From positions 362,016 to 426,015 of the forward strand of contig NMRA01000300.1 in the NCBI GenBank assembly GCA_002633005.1: a stretch of 64,000 bases of DNA, given 5' to 3'. How positions within the stretch are numbered: position 1 is the stretch's first letter; each line of letters opens with the position of its first letter. Positions 13,434 through 25,100 of the stretch are shown piece after piece. The translations under genes and the position numbers were made by a program. The stretch is from Phoronis australis. Taxonomy: Eukaryota; Animalia; Phoronida. Under the pieces are notes generated by a model. It did no database searches. It saw nothing but the letters and a program-made list of their open reading frames with translations, and had not been told where the DNA came from.

Positions 13434-14746
13434 AACGGGAAACTGTGTCCTAAACAAACGAAATTGTAATTCAGCGTTTCTTAACCTTCGTTTCAGAAAC
13501 ACTGAAAAATTCACCTAACTTCGACTAATAGCTCAAAGACAGATGGAAACGTCTAATTTAGAAGTTTGTAGGATTTCCACCAGTTTTCCTCTGCCGGCAC
13601 GAGATGGCACAGATTTCAAAAACAATTATCGTCACGTCTATTATGTAATGCCAACCACCACTCTGTTGTTATAGCCAGATCCCAGACAACCGCCGTGTTG
13701 TGATGTTATCAGCAAGTGGGTAGATATTGCTATAAACGGCAGGAAAATGAGACGATTTGTTTAGAATATCATCATTTGGTTTACTCTTGGAGCGCCAATA
13801 AATGGTAACAAATAGCCGGGAGTGGAATTTAACCTCCACCGCCAGCACAGTGGCGATATGTGACTCTCTCTCTCAAGTCGAGCACTCTTAAGTAATGGAT
13901 TAATTTTAATCAAGTAATTATCAAAAAATATCCAAGGACTCTATTGGTATCTTTCTATTAGACGTATTTGTCTATAAAGCGCAGTAGAATGATCGAAAGG
14001 GAAATTTTGTTTCTGCAATCACAGGATAAATCTCCGCAACTAATTTATAATTTTGATCATAGAGGATAGACATGCCATTTGACTTGTTTTATTTTCACAA
14101 TGACCCGGAGGGTAAAACTATGGATTTTTAGAGTACAACAACGTTTGTAGTCATAGAAACTGTTATTGTATTAACTCTTTTTACTAATGCCCTCCTTTCG
14201 TGGACCGTCGTTGATACAAAACATATTTACTTAATAATCATCAAATAACATCGGTTACTCTTTCAGAAACAAGTTACAAGGTTCATCAACGACGCACAGT
14301 TCATATATGTTGTTTCAAATATTTTAACTGCAACGTCTGGGTTTAAACATCGTTCACACCAGCGCATTACTAACACAGTATATATCGGCCAAAGTAGAGG
14401 CCTCTAATCACCTGTCATAGGCGATAGTACTGTAACATGTTCATAAGTTATCTGTTTTTATACGTTACAAATAATAATTGCTAATTCAGCTAAAGCGATA
14501 AAGAGCGAACACTCACTTGAAGTGAAAGTTTCTAGCCACCGCATTTCGCCGTCTCGTTTTATTTTGTTGCATTGAATTATCGACTGTTACTGAGGTAGGT
14601 CATACAGGACCCGCACATGTTTCCTTGCTCATGTATTTGTAACTCAGTTCGTGTCCACAAACTAACGTCATTGCTTCACACGAAAGCACGACAAAATGGC
14701 GGGAACTGCGCGTGCTCAAATGGGAGGTATTAGGCGTCTTACTCAC

Positions 14747-14882
14747 CTCTGCTGTTTACCGGTGCATGGTCCACAGCAACGCGAAGATGGTCGGGCGACT
14801 GGCACTGAATATCTTGGTTCGTAGCAGAGCCCAAGATGTCGGTGTCCCTGGAAGAAACGTCCCCGTCGCTCATTTCTACCAT
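14747..14882 (-). CDS. Evx: Probable Evx exon 1 (MVEMSDGDVSSRDTDILGS...HAPVNSR); full CDS about 273 aa
   Basis: ATG at 14882 with an in-frame upstream TAG; strong donor AG|GTGAGT; phase 1 matches the exon 2 acceptor phase. The sequence itself is not diagnostic. Confidence 0.6.
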
Positions 14883-15119
14883 TCTCGAGCATATGATCAA
14901 CTATAGTCTAACTGGCATAGAGACAACGAACAAACTGTCACAATTTTGTTGCACTTGGACACAGTCTTTCGTTTTTCGTTTATTGATCACCTGATTTTTT
15001 CACGTCGTGCTACTCAATTATCGCTCTTGTAAGTAAGCTCGGGTGCACGACTTTGTCTTCCTCCACTTCGGACCTCTTGCTTGGGCTATTTTGGCGTGAA
15101 TGGTTAATTTCTCAAACAT

Positions 15120-15260
15120 GAGGCTCATAAAAGAAAGTAAATATATGTGACGTCATGTCATTTTCTTCGGAATGGGCGGGGCTTCAGTCGTCATCATCAC
15201 CCCCTATAATCAACTTCGAGCGTCTCATAAATGTAATCCAATTACAAGCGTAATTGATAG
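15120..15260 (-). promoter_or_regulatory. Candidate Evx proximal promoter
   Basis: Full CRE TGACGTCA (15148-15155), GC box GGGCGGGG (15174-15181), adjacent AT-rich TATA-like tract, CATAAA/TAAT clusters, about 250-370 bp upstream of the putative ATG. Confidence 0.35.
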
Positions 15261-17042
15261 GGGATTGTTTCCAAACATAGAGTCAAGCTGTACCAGCTGG
15301 CAGCTGCCAAGAACCTCGCTGCGAGAGCTTGGCCTTTCACATTGGCAATGCTTTGAAGATTCCGGTACTTTCTACTGCAATGACACGTTTATTCCGTATT
15401 TTCAACCCTCTTAAACGTAGCTGTTTCTTCAAAAACAAATGCAGTTTGTTGGAAATGGATTACTGCTTTTCTTTTTGATTAGCGGTGGGGTCAGCAGCCC
15501 TATAACGCTTTCTAATTCCGAATATTTTTATTCCAAAAATTATGTTTGAAAATAAAACATGGAAGATATCTTTTTCATAAGCTTTTTTTTGAATGAAACG
15601 GATCCCCGTTCAAGGTGAAATTGCCATTACAGTAAATCAAAATTCGCCACAAAAGCAGTCAACAAATGCATTCAATGTACAACGTGGTCATGTGAAATTA
15701 GATGCGCTATCATGCTGAATAAAAAGAACACATGCTTTCACCTTTTCAACTGTTTATGATTTGTTTCTTCCCTATATCCGTCCTCATTATTTTTGCCCTC
15801 ATCACGGAAACTGTGCACTTTGGATACAGTCCCTATTCCGTTAAATGGAACATAAACAAATTAGTATTGTAATGCCGTCCACACAAAACACAATGTTTAA
15901 TCGCAGCCTACCGAAGGTTGAAGTGTGCCCGGTACCTGTGTAGACTTTCTAAAGGCTTTGATGTTGCCGTCCAGAACAATTCGCTGAAATAGACATCCGA
16001 CTTTCGGCAATACTCTCAATACCTTAGTGCGACCATTCGACAGGAGCCAAGGCTCCGGTGTTGAGTATTTATGACCGACAATTGTTATCGAATTATTGTT
16101 TGTTTTGGTTTATTCCCTTTGCTAGTCTATTACAGATCATTCAGATATTATGGGCCAACAAAAGTGGTATTATTGACCATTGTCATTGCTTGAACCGTAA
16201 CTCGTCGGCTCTTTTTTGCGTGTATCCCCTTGAGGTAAAACCTTCGTCGCATCTGTGAGCTGCTTACAGTACAACGTAACATTTTCTCTGTAAAATTTCT
16301 GTGGATTTTCTTGGGTACGAATACGAGTTAAAACAGCATTTCGCTCTGTTTAGCAGGCTACATACGAAAATCGAATTATGCCTTGCACTTTCATAAAATC
16401 GGTCTCATAATATTCGCGACTTCACTGAAAACGCTTCAGAGTATTTTTAGGACAGCCAATCCTGAAATTACAAATCTGAAATGGCGCCTGTGACTCGAGT
16501 TGGTGACGGAAACGGAATCCCATTAAGGCAAGGAGTATTGTGGGATGGATTTGATGAGGATAAAATGTCTAATTATATTTTCATTTTGATCCAGGTAAAC
16601 CTGGGAGCAATATGATATTGGTCCTAGAGATAAACAAAGCGATAAGCAACTATTAACTCATTATCATAATATATTCATCGTTTGAAAGTATTTGTACTGT
16701 ATGCACGTTTTGATGTTCAGTGTTATACATCGACCCCCGAAAATTTGTTTACTGACTTTATGCTGTCTGCATGGCTATCTCATTGCGTGTGGTGTAAATG
16801 AATCTGGCCAACGTCTTCGTGTTTGAGTTGGGACATATCTTTCATTTTATTCACATTTAAATATAAGTTAATTTGTAATTTTGGCATACCTATTTTGTCA
16901 ATGTAATGTACTGTAACATGTATTAGCAGTGTGTCTGTCGCATCGTATCATATCCTATCTTATGACACATGATCAGCCTGAAATGGCCTATACAACCGTT
17001 AAAAACCCATTTAGTTATTGAGCGCGTGTTGAATACTATTTT

Positions 17043-17120
17043 GGCGGTAAACCGTGGACGGTTTCGAACCCGCTCCGCAAGCCGAGAGTTTCGAGACGTC
17101 GACTTTACCACTGCACTACT
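17043..17120 (-). mobile_element. tRNA-derived SINE head or tRNA relic
   Basis: Minus strand has A-box-like TAGTGCAGTGG and B-box GGTTCGAAACC at tRNA-like spacing, but no full cloverleaf. Confidence 0.4.
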
Positions 17121-17645
17121 CAGCAGGTGACGTCAACGAACGTGCAACAAACGCATGATCAACATACGGCATTGTACTAACATTTATACGCTATGAAAAA
17201 TAAAATGAGACTCACAATTTCAATAAAAACGACATCGTAAATTCAATAAAATTTATCTGCCATGTTCTCTCACTTGTAAATCATCGATCCCCGGTTTGAA
17301 TGCGAGTAACGTGTCGTCAGGATCCTTTGACTTGGACATTATAAGCAGTAACTAGCCTCTTTAGCAGACGATATTTTCACGGTGGAAGCTTAGCATGATA
17401 AGATGTGTGGTAATCTAGACTAGTTGCTTAAAAATTAGTTTAAAGATTCACTTTATTTCTAATTTGTTTCAATTTTATGTGGTTTTAAGTAAAACATCAT
17501 TTTAACAAGAGCAACTCGGCGTTTCTCAAAAGGTCACGACCTCCGACCCCAGGCCTCTGACGTAGAAAGTAGTTACAAAAGCCGAGGCGAATCGAGAAAG
17601 GTAGATCGATTCATTGCAATCTTTATCGTTCAGTATGTGGTATAA

Positions 17646-17772
17646 ATAGATTATTACATGTTCTCAGTCGTTACCCCCCCCCCCTTATCTAGAGCCCTCG
17701 GGCGATAATTCTCCAAAATCCACTGGGGCTCTAGATTACGGGAAATAACGACTTCGCCATGTAATAATCTAT
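17646..17772. mobile_element. ~127-bp foldback MITE
   Basis: TIR ATAGATTATTACATG / CATGTAATAATCTAT; internal arms AGTCGTTA..TCTAGAGCCC / GGGCTCTAGA..TAACGACT. Confidence 0.65.
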
Positions 17773-18542
17773 ACTATACAAAAAAATATATAAATATCAT
17801 ATGATATGATATATCATATTATATCATATCGTGCTCAAGTAGACACGTGTACATGCAAACTCAAAAGGAAATTATTTGTGTATTATTTCGAGACGCCCAA
17901 AACACCTGACTTCTGGTATTAAGTGACGCCCGAGTATTTAAAAGAGCGTTGCGCTAATTAAAGCAACCAAAGTACTGGAAGTACCGGGATTTTCTGAATA
18001 AACGCACATGGGCGTTTCATCGGGTTGGCTTATCTACGGAAAACCCCGGTTACATAGTAAGTCATTTACGTGACATGTTTGAGAGGGACCTCGGTCAAAG
18101 ATCATAGGTCAAATGTTATAGGTCAAAGGTGCAAGTGTAACAGGACGTGACGTCATCCTCAAATCGGAAAGGCTTAGAAATGCGTTTGAGAGGGACATCA
18201 AAAGTCAAAGGTCGTAGGTTACAGGTGTAAGCGGAAGTCACGCTTTCCGTAAACCGTAAGGAAGTGAAAATGAGGTAAAAAATCTAGTGTTTTTAAACGT
18301 GTAATAATAAAGTACAATCTAAATAGATTCTCACTACAAAATCCGCCCACTCTCCATAGTAGATTCATACACAATTGTCTACAAGAAGAATTCATACGAC
18401 AGACAGGCTTAAATAAACCTATAGTAGAATTATCAATTGCTGCGGATTGTACCTTTTTGTTGGCAAGGACACTAACTATAGTTGCCTACAAAACTGTTTG
18501 ACCACACTGCCCAGTTTTCTTGGAAAACAAGCAAGATTGATT

Positions 18543-18682
18543 CGTGGGCGGCGCACCATAGGGGGCTGGGGGTCTATATCCTCCACTTGTTCAGTGCTGT
18601 GCCGCCTATGGTCCATGGGCAGTGCACCACAAGGGGCTGGGGGGTTATAGCCCCCACTTTTTTCAGTGTTGCGTAACTCATG
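18543..18682 (+). mobile_element. Dimeric micro-MITE with 5-bp TSD TGATT
   Basis: TGATT|CGTGGGCGGCGCA...CATG|TGATT; two units joined by GTC, as in the 5204 copy. Confidence 0.75.
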
Positions 18683-19339
18683 TGATTGATTAATAAAGTA
18701 AGGAGTTCAACAGGATAATTCCAGTGTTACAACAACGGTGAAGACTAATAGAAGGAAATGTGAATCGTCTAAATTGCTATCTTCCGAAATTCACTTGTTG
18801 AAGAAGTTTTTTGAGTTAAAAGTTTGACAAAGAATTCCTGTGATGGTTGAGTTTCAAATGGACTTAGTTAGATCATCGATAAATCGCAAAGAATCGCTTT
18901 AGAACGGTTTTTCTTCATTAGTAAACAGAGGAAAATGTAGACGTGATTGGGTCTGTGCCCCATCAATACTTTGAGTGGTGTGATGCATATTCATACTGCA
19001 GATCCATCCTTGGATTAGCGAATATGGGGAGCGTACTGTACTTGGATGGATGGGTTTAATAATCCAATTATACCTAGTACGGTAACTATGGTATGTACGG
19101 GCGAATTCATCAATGCAGACGGTCTTACTTGTGCTAATGTCTATGATGGTTTTAATTGTGCGAGTTATGATGACGGTCTCATTTGTGAAGTAAGTTTTTG
19201 TAATGTGTTACCATCGCTGTCAATTCTCTTGCGTTGGCGTCAGAGTCTGGTGGACAACCCAGCATGTCGATTCTTCTTCTTCTTCTTCTCGTTCGTCAAA
19301 TGGTCAAATCTGTCTAATATTAACAATCATGATGACGTA

Positions 19340-19960
19340 TGTGCGTTGCACTACCTATTCTATGGGTCAAGGGCCGGGAACGTTAGCTCATATCTTATCT
19401 GGATGTAAGATGTTGCTACAGCAAGGACGATTTAGATGGCTGCACATACAGTTGCAATATCTCTTGCAGATGTATTGGATTCTGGGCGACGGAGCCACCA
19501 AGAGCCAGACAACAGATACAGTTCAGAAGAGCATAAGAACTGATCGACAGTCAACTCAGTCATGGATGGTACAAATTGGGGGTTGAGATCTGGTCTAAAG
19601 GCGCGATTGAAGTTCTTTGAGGAGATCATAGAGACAGTGTAGAGGTGTGGCCGGCAGTAAGATGTAATGGGTTCATCGTAGGAAAGATGGTGCCTTGGAA
19701 AGAAGGTTGTGAAGAAGCGCAGGAGAGAAAAGTCAGCAAGTATAAGTGATTATAGTTGTCTTGAGAGGAGCCGGAAGGCGTGCTTATTTCCTGTAGAGGT
19801 AAAGGAAGGTATGCAGGGGTTTCCTAGTCAGTACATGGTCTTATTACAGATTCTAGCGAGAACGAAGAAAGGACAGACGAACAGTCATTAGAAAGTTATA
19901 GGTGAGGCAACTGATAAAGTCACGTGGTTCATGTGGTATCACTGTGGGCAGAAAGAGTGC
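19340..19960 (+). mobile_element. Degraded 3' part of a restriction-like-endonuclease non-LTR retrotransposon (HERO-like)
   Basis: Fragments GTLAHILSGCKMLLQQGRFRWLH (zinc-knuckle region), VPWKEGCEEAQERK and LFPVEV..G..GF, broken by frameshifts and stops. Confidence 0.65.
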
Positions 19961-20464
19961 GGAGAACAAGTAGATCCACAGTGAGTTGGCCGACACTGTG
20001 CACCAGCCAGCTGAGGACGTTATGGATCAGGGTTCAAATACCACATTGTTGGGAAGAAGTCAGGTTCATGGCTGCAGGGCCCCGAAGGAGAAGCTGCCAT
20101 GTGAGAGAGGGTGGTTAGACCTATCTTGGTGGTCAGACGTATGATGACTATTTGGGTAGGGTCAAGACAGCCTACTACTAAATAAACCTGGCGACATTAT
20201 CAGAAAAAATACAAGTTTGTATTACTGTGGTAATAATGATAACGGTCGTAATTGACTTACTAGTAATTATGTTCTGTACGGGCAAATTCATCGATCCAGG
20301 GAGGTGTTAGAGATGATGAGTTCTAACGACGAATTCATCGGGCTAGAGGGTCTTATTATGAGTCAAAGGTTTGCCTTCTCAGTCTTACTTACGGTTTCGA
20401 CGCTTTGCACAAACATGCAAAATGGAGAGTGAGTGCAAGGATAAAATGAAGGATGAGTGTGAAG

Positions 20465-21128
20465 GGTAAAATGGAGGGATGGCTGTAGAGTGGATGGTAA
20501 AATGGAGGGATGGCTGTAGAGTGGATGGTAAAATGGAGGGATGGCTGTAGAGTGGATGGTAAAATGGAGGGATGGCTGTAGAGTGGATGGTAAAATGGAG
20601 GGATGGCTGTAGAGTGGATGGTAAAATGGAGGGATGGCTGTAGAGTGGATGGTAAAATGGAGGGATGGCTGTAGAGTGGATGGTAAAATGGAGGGATGGC
20701 TGTAGAGTGGATGGTAAAATGGAGGGATGGCTGTAGAGTGGATGGTAAAATGGAGGGATGGCTGTAGAGTGGATGGTAAAATGGAGGGATGGCTGTAGAG
20801 TGGATGGTAAAATGGAGGGATGGCTGTAGAGTGGATGGTAAAATGGAGGGATGGCTGTAGAGTGGATGGTAAAATGGAGGGATGGCTGTAGAGTGGATGG
20901 TAAAATGGAGGGATGGCTGTAGAGTGGATGGTAAAATGGGGGGATGGCTGTAGAGTGGATGGTAAAATGGAAGCTGAGTGTTGAGGGCAAAGTTGCGGAT
21001 GAATGTGGAGGGTAAAATGGGGGGTGGCTGTAGAGTGGATGGTAAAATGGAAGGTGAGTGTTGAGGGTTAAGTTGAGGGTGAATGTGGAGGGTAAAATGG
21101 GGGGTGCTTGTAGAGTGGATGGTAAAAT
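20465..21128. repeat. 31-bp minisatellite (GGTAAAATGGAGGGATGGCTGTAGAGTGGAT)n, about 17 near-perfect copies, then degenerate copies
   Basis: 31-nt period (20465, 20496, ...); explains the repetitive ORFs at 20385-21135. Confidence 0.95.
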
Positions 21129-21348
21129 GACACATTTCGGCTAAAGATTTTGGAATCGCTATTGATCGGTCACGAAAAACCTGCGTTCAATGAACACCTC
21201 ACAGGTGCGCATAGCACACTGGCTCTGTTTCGATATGCTTGCGGGCTTCCTACCGTGTGTTGCATTCACTCTCTCTGCTAGTACACCTCTCTTCCCGCTG
21301 TCACGTGTATTTCATTGTTTATTTCGCTATGTATATGTTCATTCCACT

Positions 21349-21392
21349 CATTGCCTGATGATGTGACATGAAGTCACGAAATATAGCTAGTG
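21349..21392 (+). ncRNA. Minimal type I hammerhead ribozyme-like motif (Penelope/retrozyme type), possibly degenerate
   Basis: CTGATGA-T-GTGAC-atgaa-GTCAC-GAAA-TA-TA; stem I is weak (GC/GC only). Confidence 0.5.
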
Positions 21393-21559
21393 TTTTTGTT
21401 TGTTTGTTATGTCTCTCGGTATTTTACTTCATACTTGCACACCAGAGGAAAGGAGACTACTCCGAAATAACGAACGTACCAGTATCAAGCTCGCTAACAA
21501 AATGTCTAGACGTGTCTTTAACGAAATCTAATATGAAATACTAAATTAGTAGTAATTAA

Positions 21560-22150
21560 TACACTTCATTCACGTTAAGACAAAAATACAATTAATACAA
21601 ATTTACGCTTATGGAGACTCCGTGAAGGACCCGATGGGTCCGCTGACCACGGAGCCATCCGAGAATAAAAAATTACAGTGTTACAGATAATCAGAATTAC
21701 AAAATTAAGTGATAATATAATTTAAAACTACTTGTAAAAAGACTAGGAGAAATTATCGAAAATAGTTACACACAAAGCAGTTGGGAATAGTGCATTCAAG
21801 TTCAAAACTTTCAAAACAAACATTCTTAAAATAATTTATAACAGTGGATAACGAATGGGTAAAAATTTTTTGAGAAACACTTTCAGGAAGGTTATTAATG
21901 ATATGAGGTGGGGCATTGCGAACTGAATCTTAAACAAATCATTTAGTACAACGAGGAGTTTATAGAAGATGTCGTTGCCTAGTGTAAAGTTCATGAACAG
22001 ACCCACGGGTTAGTAAATAGAACGCTTTAAAAATGAATGTAAGTAACTATGAACTTATTTGTAGAAAAAAATTATAATAGCAACAACATACAAGTTCTTT
22101 AATGTAAGAAGGCAAAAAATAAATACTTGTGTATTGATGTTGAACTTCAT
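21560..22150 (-). mobile_element. 5'-truncated LINE 3' end (L2/Crack/Daphne-like)
   Basis: Minus strand 21930-21755 reads SVRNAPPHIINNLPESVSQKIFTHSLSTVINYFKNVCFESFELECTIPNCFVCNYFR*, resembling the THSL..Y.K..C...NCxVC RT C-terminus; hairpin CTCCGTG..CACGGAG in the 3' UTR. Confidence 0.6.
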
Positions 22151-25100
22151 ATAATTTTAATCTTTTTTAATGTTGAAACCAACACTCAACATGTTTATAG
22201 GCAGATTACGAGGGACGGAATTAGTAAACAAACACTTCCCTGTCCCAAAATAGCTACTAACTCATAAGTCTCAGTGTTGGATTCCAATCATAAGCTTCCA
22301 ATAAAAGTTAAATTCATTTGTGCCCTCTGCCACACACAGCCTCATCAGAGTGCCTCCAGACATGAGGCTCAACATTTTGCACTATGCCCTCCGCTAAGGC
22401 ATGTAAATATAAAGTTGTGAAAATTCGGGGCATTGTGGTGAAACAGTTCGATGGGCTGGGTGACGGAACTAATCACGCTCTATTAGATAGTGCTCTTGCC
22501 AACAAGAAGGTACAACCAGTATGACCTATGGCTTCTCAAACGTGTCACGTAAACGAATACTATATATTATTGGATTTAATTTTTCACTTTCCACGAATAA
22601 GCTAGTTAGTAACACGTCTTCCACACACTGTGTCACGATTTTTCATATGTTCGGAGTTTTTCGTGCCCAATGATTTCATGGAACTGTTGCTCAGGAAGTG
22701 CAGGCACAACCAACATGGACGCTGACCTTCCATTGTTTAACTGTATTCAACTTTTATTTCAAAAGAGTGTCAACTAAAATCATAGGAACTCTGGCCTTAT
22801 CTTGTCATCATCTGGAGCCACATGTTCGAGCGGTTGGCGCCATTCGTGCAGTTGTGACCTATCGGACGCTGAACGGTGAATCTGACGCAGCTGACGACTA
22901 TTTACCGAATAAATTGATTGTTTTACTACAAACTTCGAAATATAACATGCAGGGAAAACGCAAAATAAAATCGTGTTTTAACTGAGTGAGTAAGCTTATA
23001 ATAAGTTTTACGAAAAGATTAAACTTTTAATTCAGCTATTACCGAGCCTGTCTCTCGTTGGTAAACTTTGATTTGATGTTTCAAATACAACCCACGCCAC
23101 AAAACAAAGTATTTATTTGGTTGGCAATATACAATTTTTATTGAGCGAAGGGAATTTAAATTGCTTCTTTGCAAAATAAAATCATTTCCAATCCCATTAG
23201 GGCCGGTAATCGCTCTTCATCAGTTTCTAAACAACGATTATGTGCCGATTTATAACTTGATCATATGAAATGTACCTCACTATTCAAGTGACCGGCAATA
23301 AAAGACTAATCCTGTTTAATTATTTTGACAAATTGTAAAACTAGCCACTTGCTTTTTGATTTGGGACAAATATGTCTTAATTGACCGCTTCAAAGAGGCC
23401 GACCTTTTCAATTATGACGACAACTAGCAACCTATGATTGCAAGATCAAGCGCTATTCACTGCGTTTTCACATTTTTTATTTGCGTCGCATTTCTGCCTC
23501 ACACGAGGAACGCTGAAATCGTTAGTGGCCGTGGCACTGCACGCAGGTGTAGTTTTGGCGATGAGTCAAAAACAATTTTCTATTGATGGCGAATAGATCT
23601 GTTTGTGCGTAAAAGCAGTATAATGAATTCGAAGTATACTCTTTTTGTGCACTCGGGAAAACCCAGGGGTGTAGTCGAAGGAGGAACGTGTCCCTCACTT
23701 TGTTACAGCCTGTCAAGAAACCTCAGTAACATTCCATATTCTGCTGTTAGTTTGAATTAAAATAAAACTCAATTTTTGTTCAGTTGTTACAAATCACTGA
23801 GAGAGTCACTCGTTTATGAACAAACATACCTTCACTACGCGGAATGATCAAATGAAAATCAAGGGAGCTGGTCGAACAGACATTACTCCGACTTCCGGTA
23901 ATTAAAGTTAAGATAAAAAACCCTGCGAATATATGAATACCGAGGCATAAGATTCGTTGAGGTAGACTCTTCCATTTCTGAGATGAACTGTACACCGAAT
24001 GTAGTCTGTGTTATAACATGCGAAAATAGAAAAGTGAGATGAAAATAAATTCGTGATGTGGTTGGCGTAAGTTGGAACGATATGTCTTGTGTCTGCACTC
24101 AACCAGTTGAGTCAATGTCGGCATACATCAAAGGGCGGATGACAACAGTATTTAGAATTAGTTTGTTTATAATAATGACCGTGTTTACTACCCAAGCACA
24201 TTATATCTAAACACAGGCGTCATCCCGCTGTTTTAAACTCTTACCAGTTATTCAGTGACTCAAGCAATAATTGTATATGATGGGCCCCCGAGCCTTTCAA
24301 TGTATCGCAATAATAGACGATGTACCTTGCAACGCTCCACCCCTTAGTGCAGGATACGTTTCATTTCCGCCCATAAACTTGAAAAGAGTTGTACCTTAGG
24401 AAACCTACAGTTTCCTGAACTACATTTGCTTTTATTACACACGTACCTTGAATTTCAGGTTGTTTTATCCTATAACGCTCAACGTAATAACACTTACTTT
24501 CACATTTGGAATCAGATAATCGAAACAGATAAGTCTTCATATTAGCAGTACTACAAGACTAAAAGGCAGAGCAAGACCATGGAGCAGAAAACACGCCAGT
24601 TCAATGTATGAAAGTTAGAAATATTTTTAAAAACCTCAAATTAGTCCAGTTCATATGTAGTGCAAAATTATGCTGAACTGCAATATAATAATTGTTTGAA
24701 AATATTGTTTCCGACTTACAAAGAATAACTACATTAAAACTTATCTCCCAATGAGGTTTTTTAAAACATGGTGTCATTTTTTAAAGCAAAATGTTCGAAA
24801 GGTTAATAACTCAACAATCAAAGTTTTACAAACTTGGAGATAAATTTAAAAAGCGTAAACACATACGGTGATATAATTTACGTAATATTCTAATTTTAGG
24901 CACGGTTCGATTTTTGTTCCAAGCTGGTTCAAGCTAAGAAAAATATATTTGATAAACGCTAAAAATTGAAATGGCATTTAATGCATGTCTTTCAATTTGA
25001 CGTCTCGTGTTTCGATCATCATCTGTTTTGTAAAGCCTTTATATGTCGACTTGTCAAGATAATTTTAACGTACAAACGGTACGAAACTGGGTTTATTAAC

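Noticed and set aside
14747-14892. Alternative Evx start at ATG 14892
   Set aside because: That frame ends in phase 2 at the donor and would not be in frame with the homeodomain exon.
20385-21135. Long repetitive ORFs of 201 and 248 aa
   Set aside because: They are translations of the 31-bp minisatellite; the unit length is not a multiple of 3.
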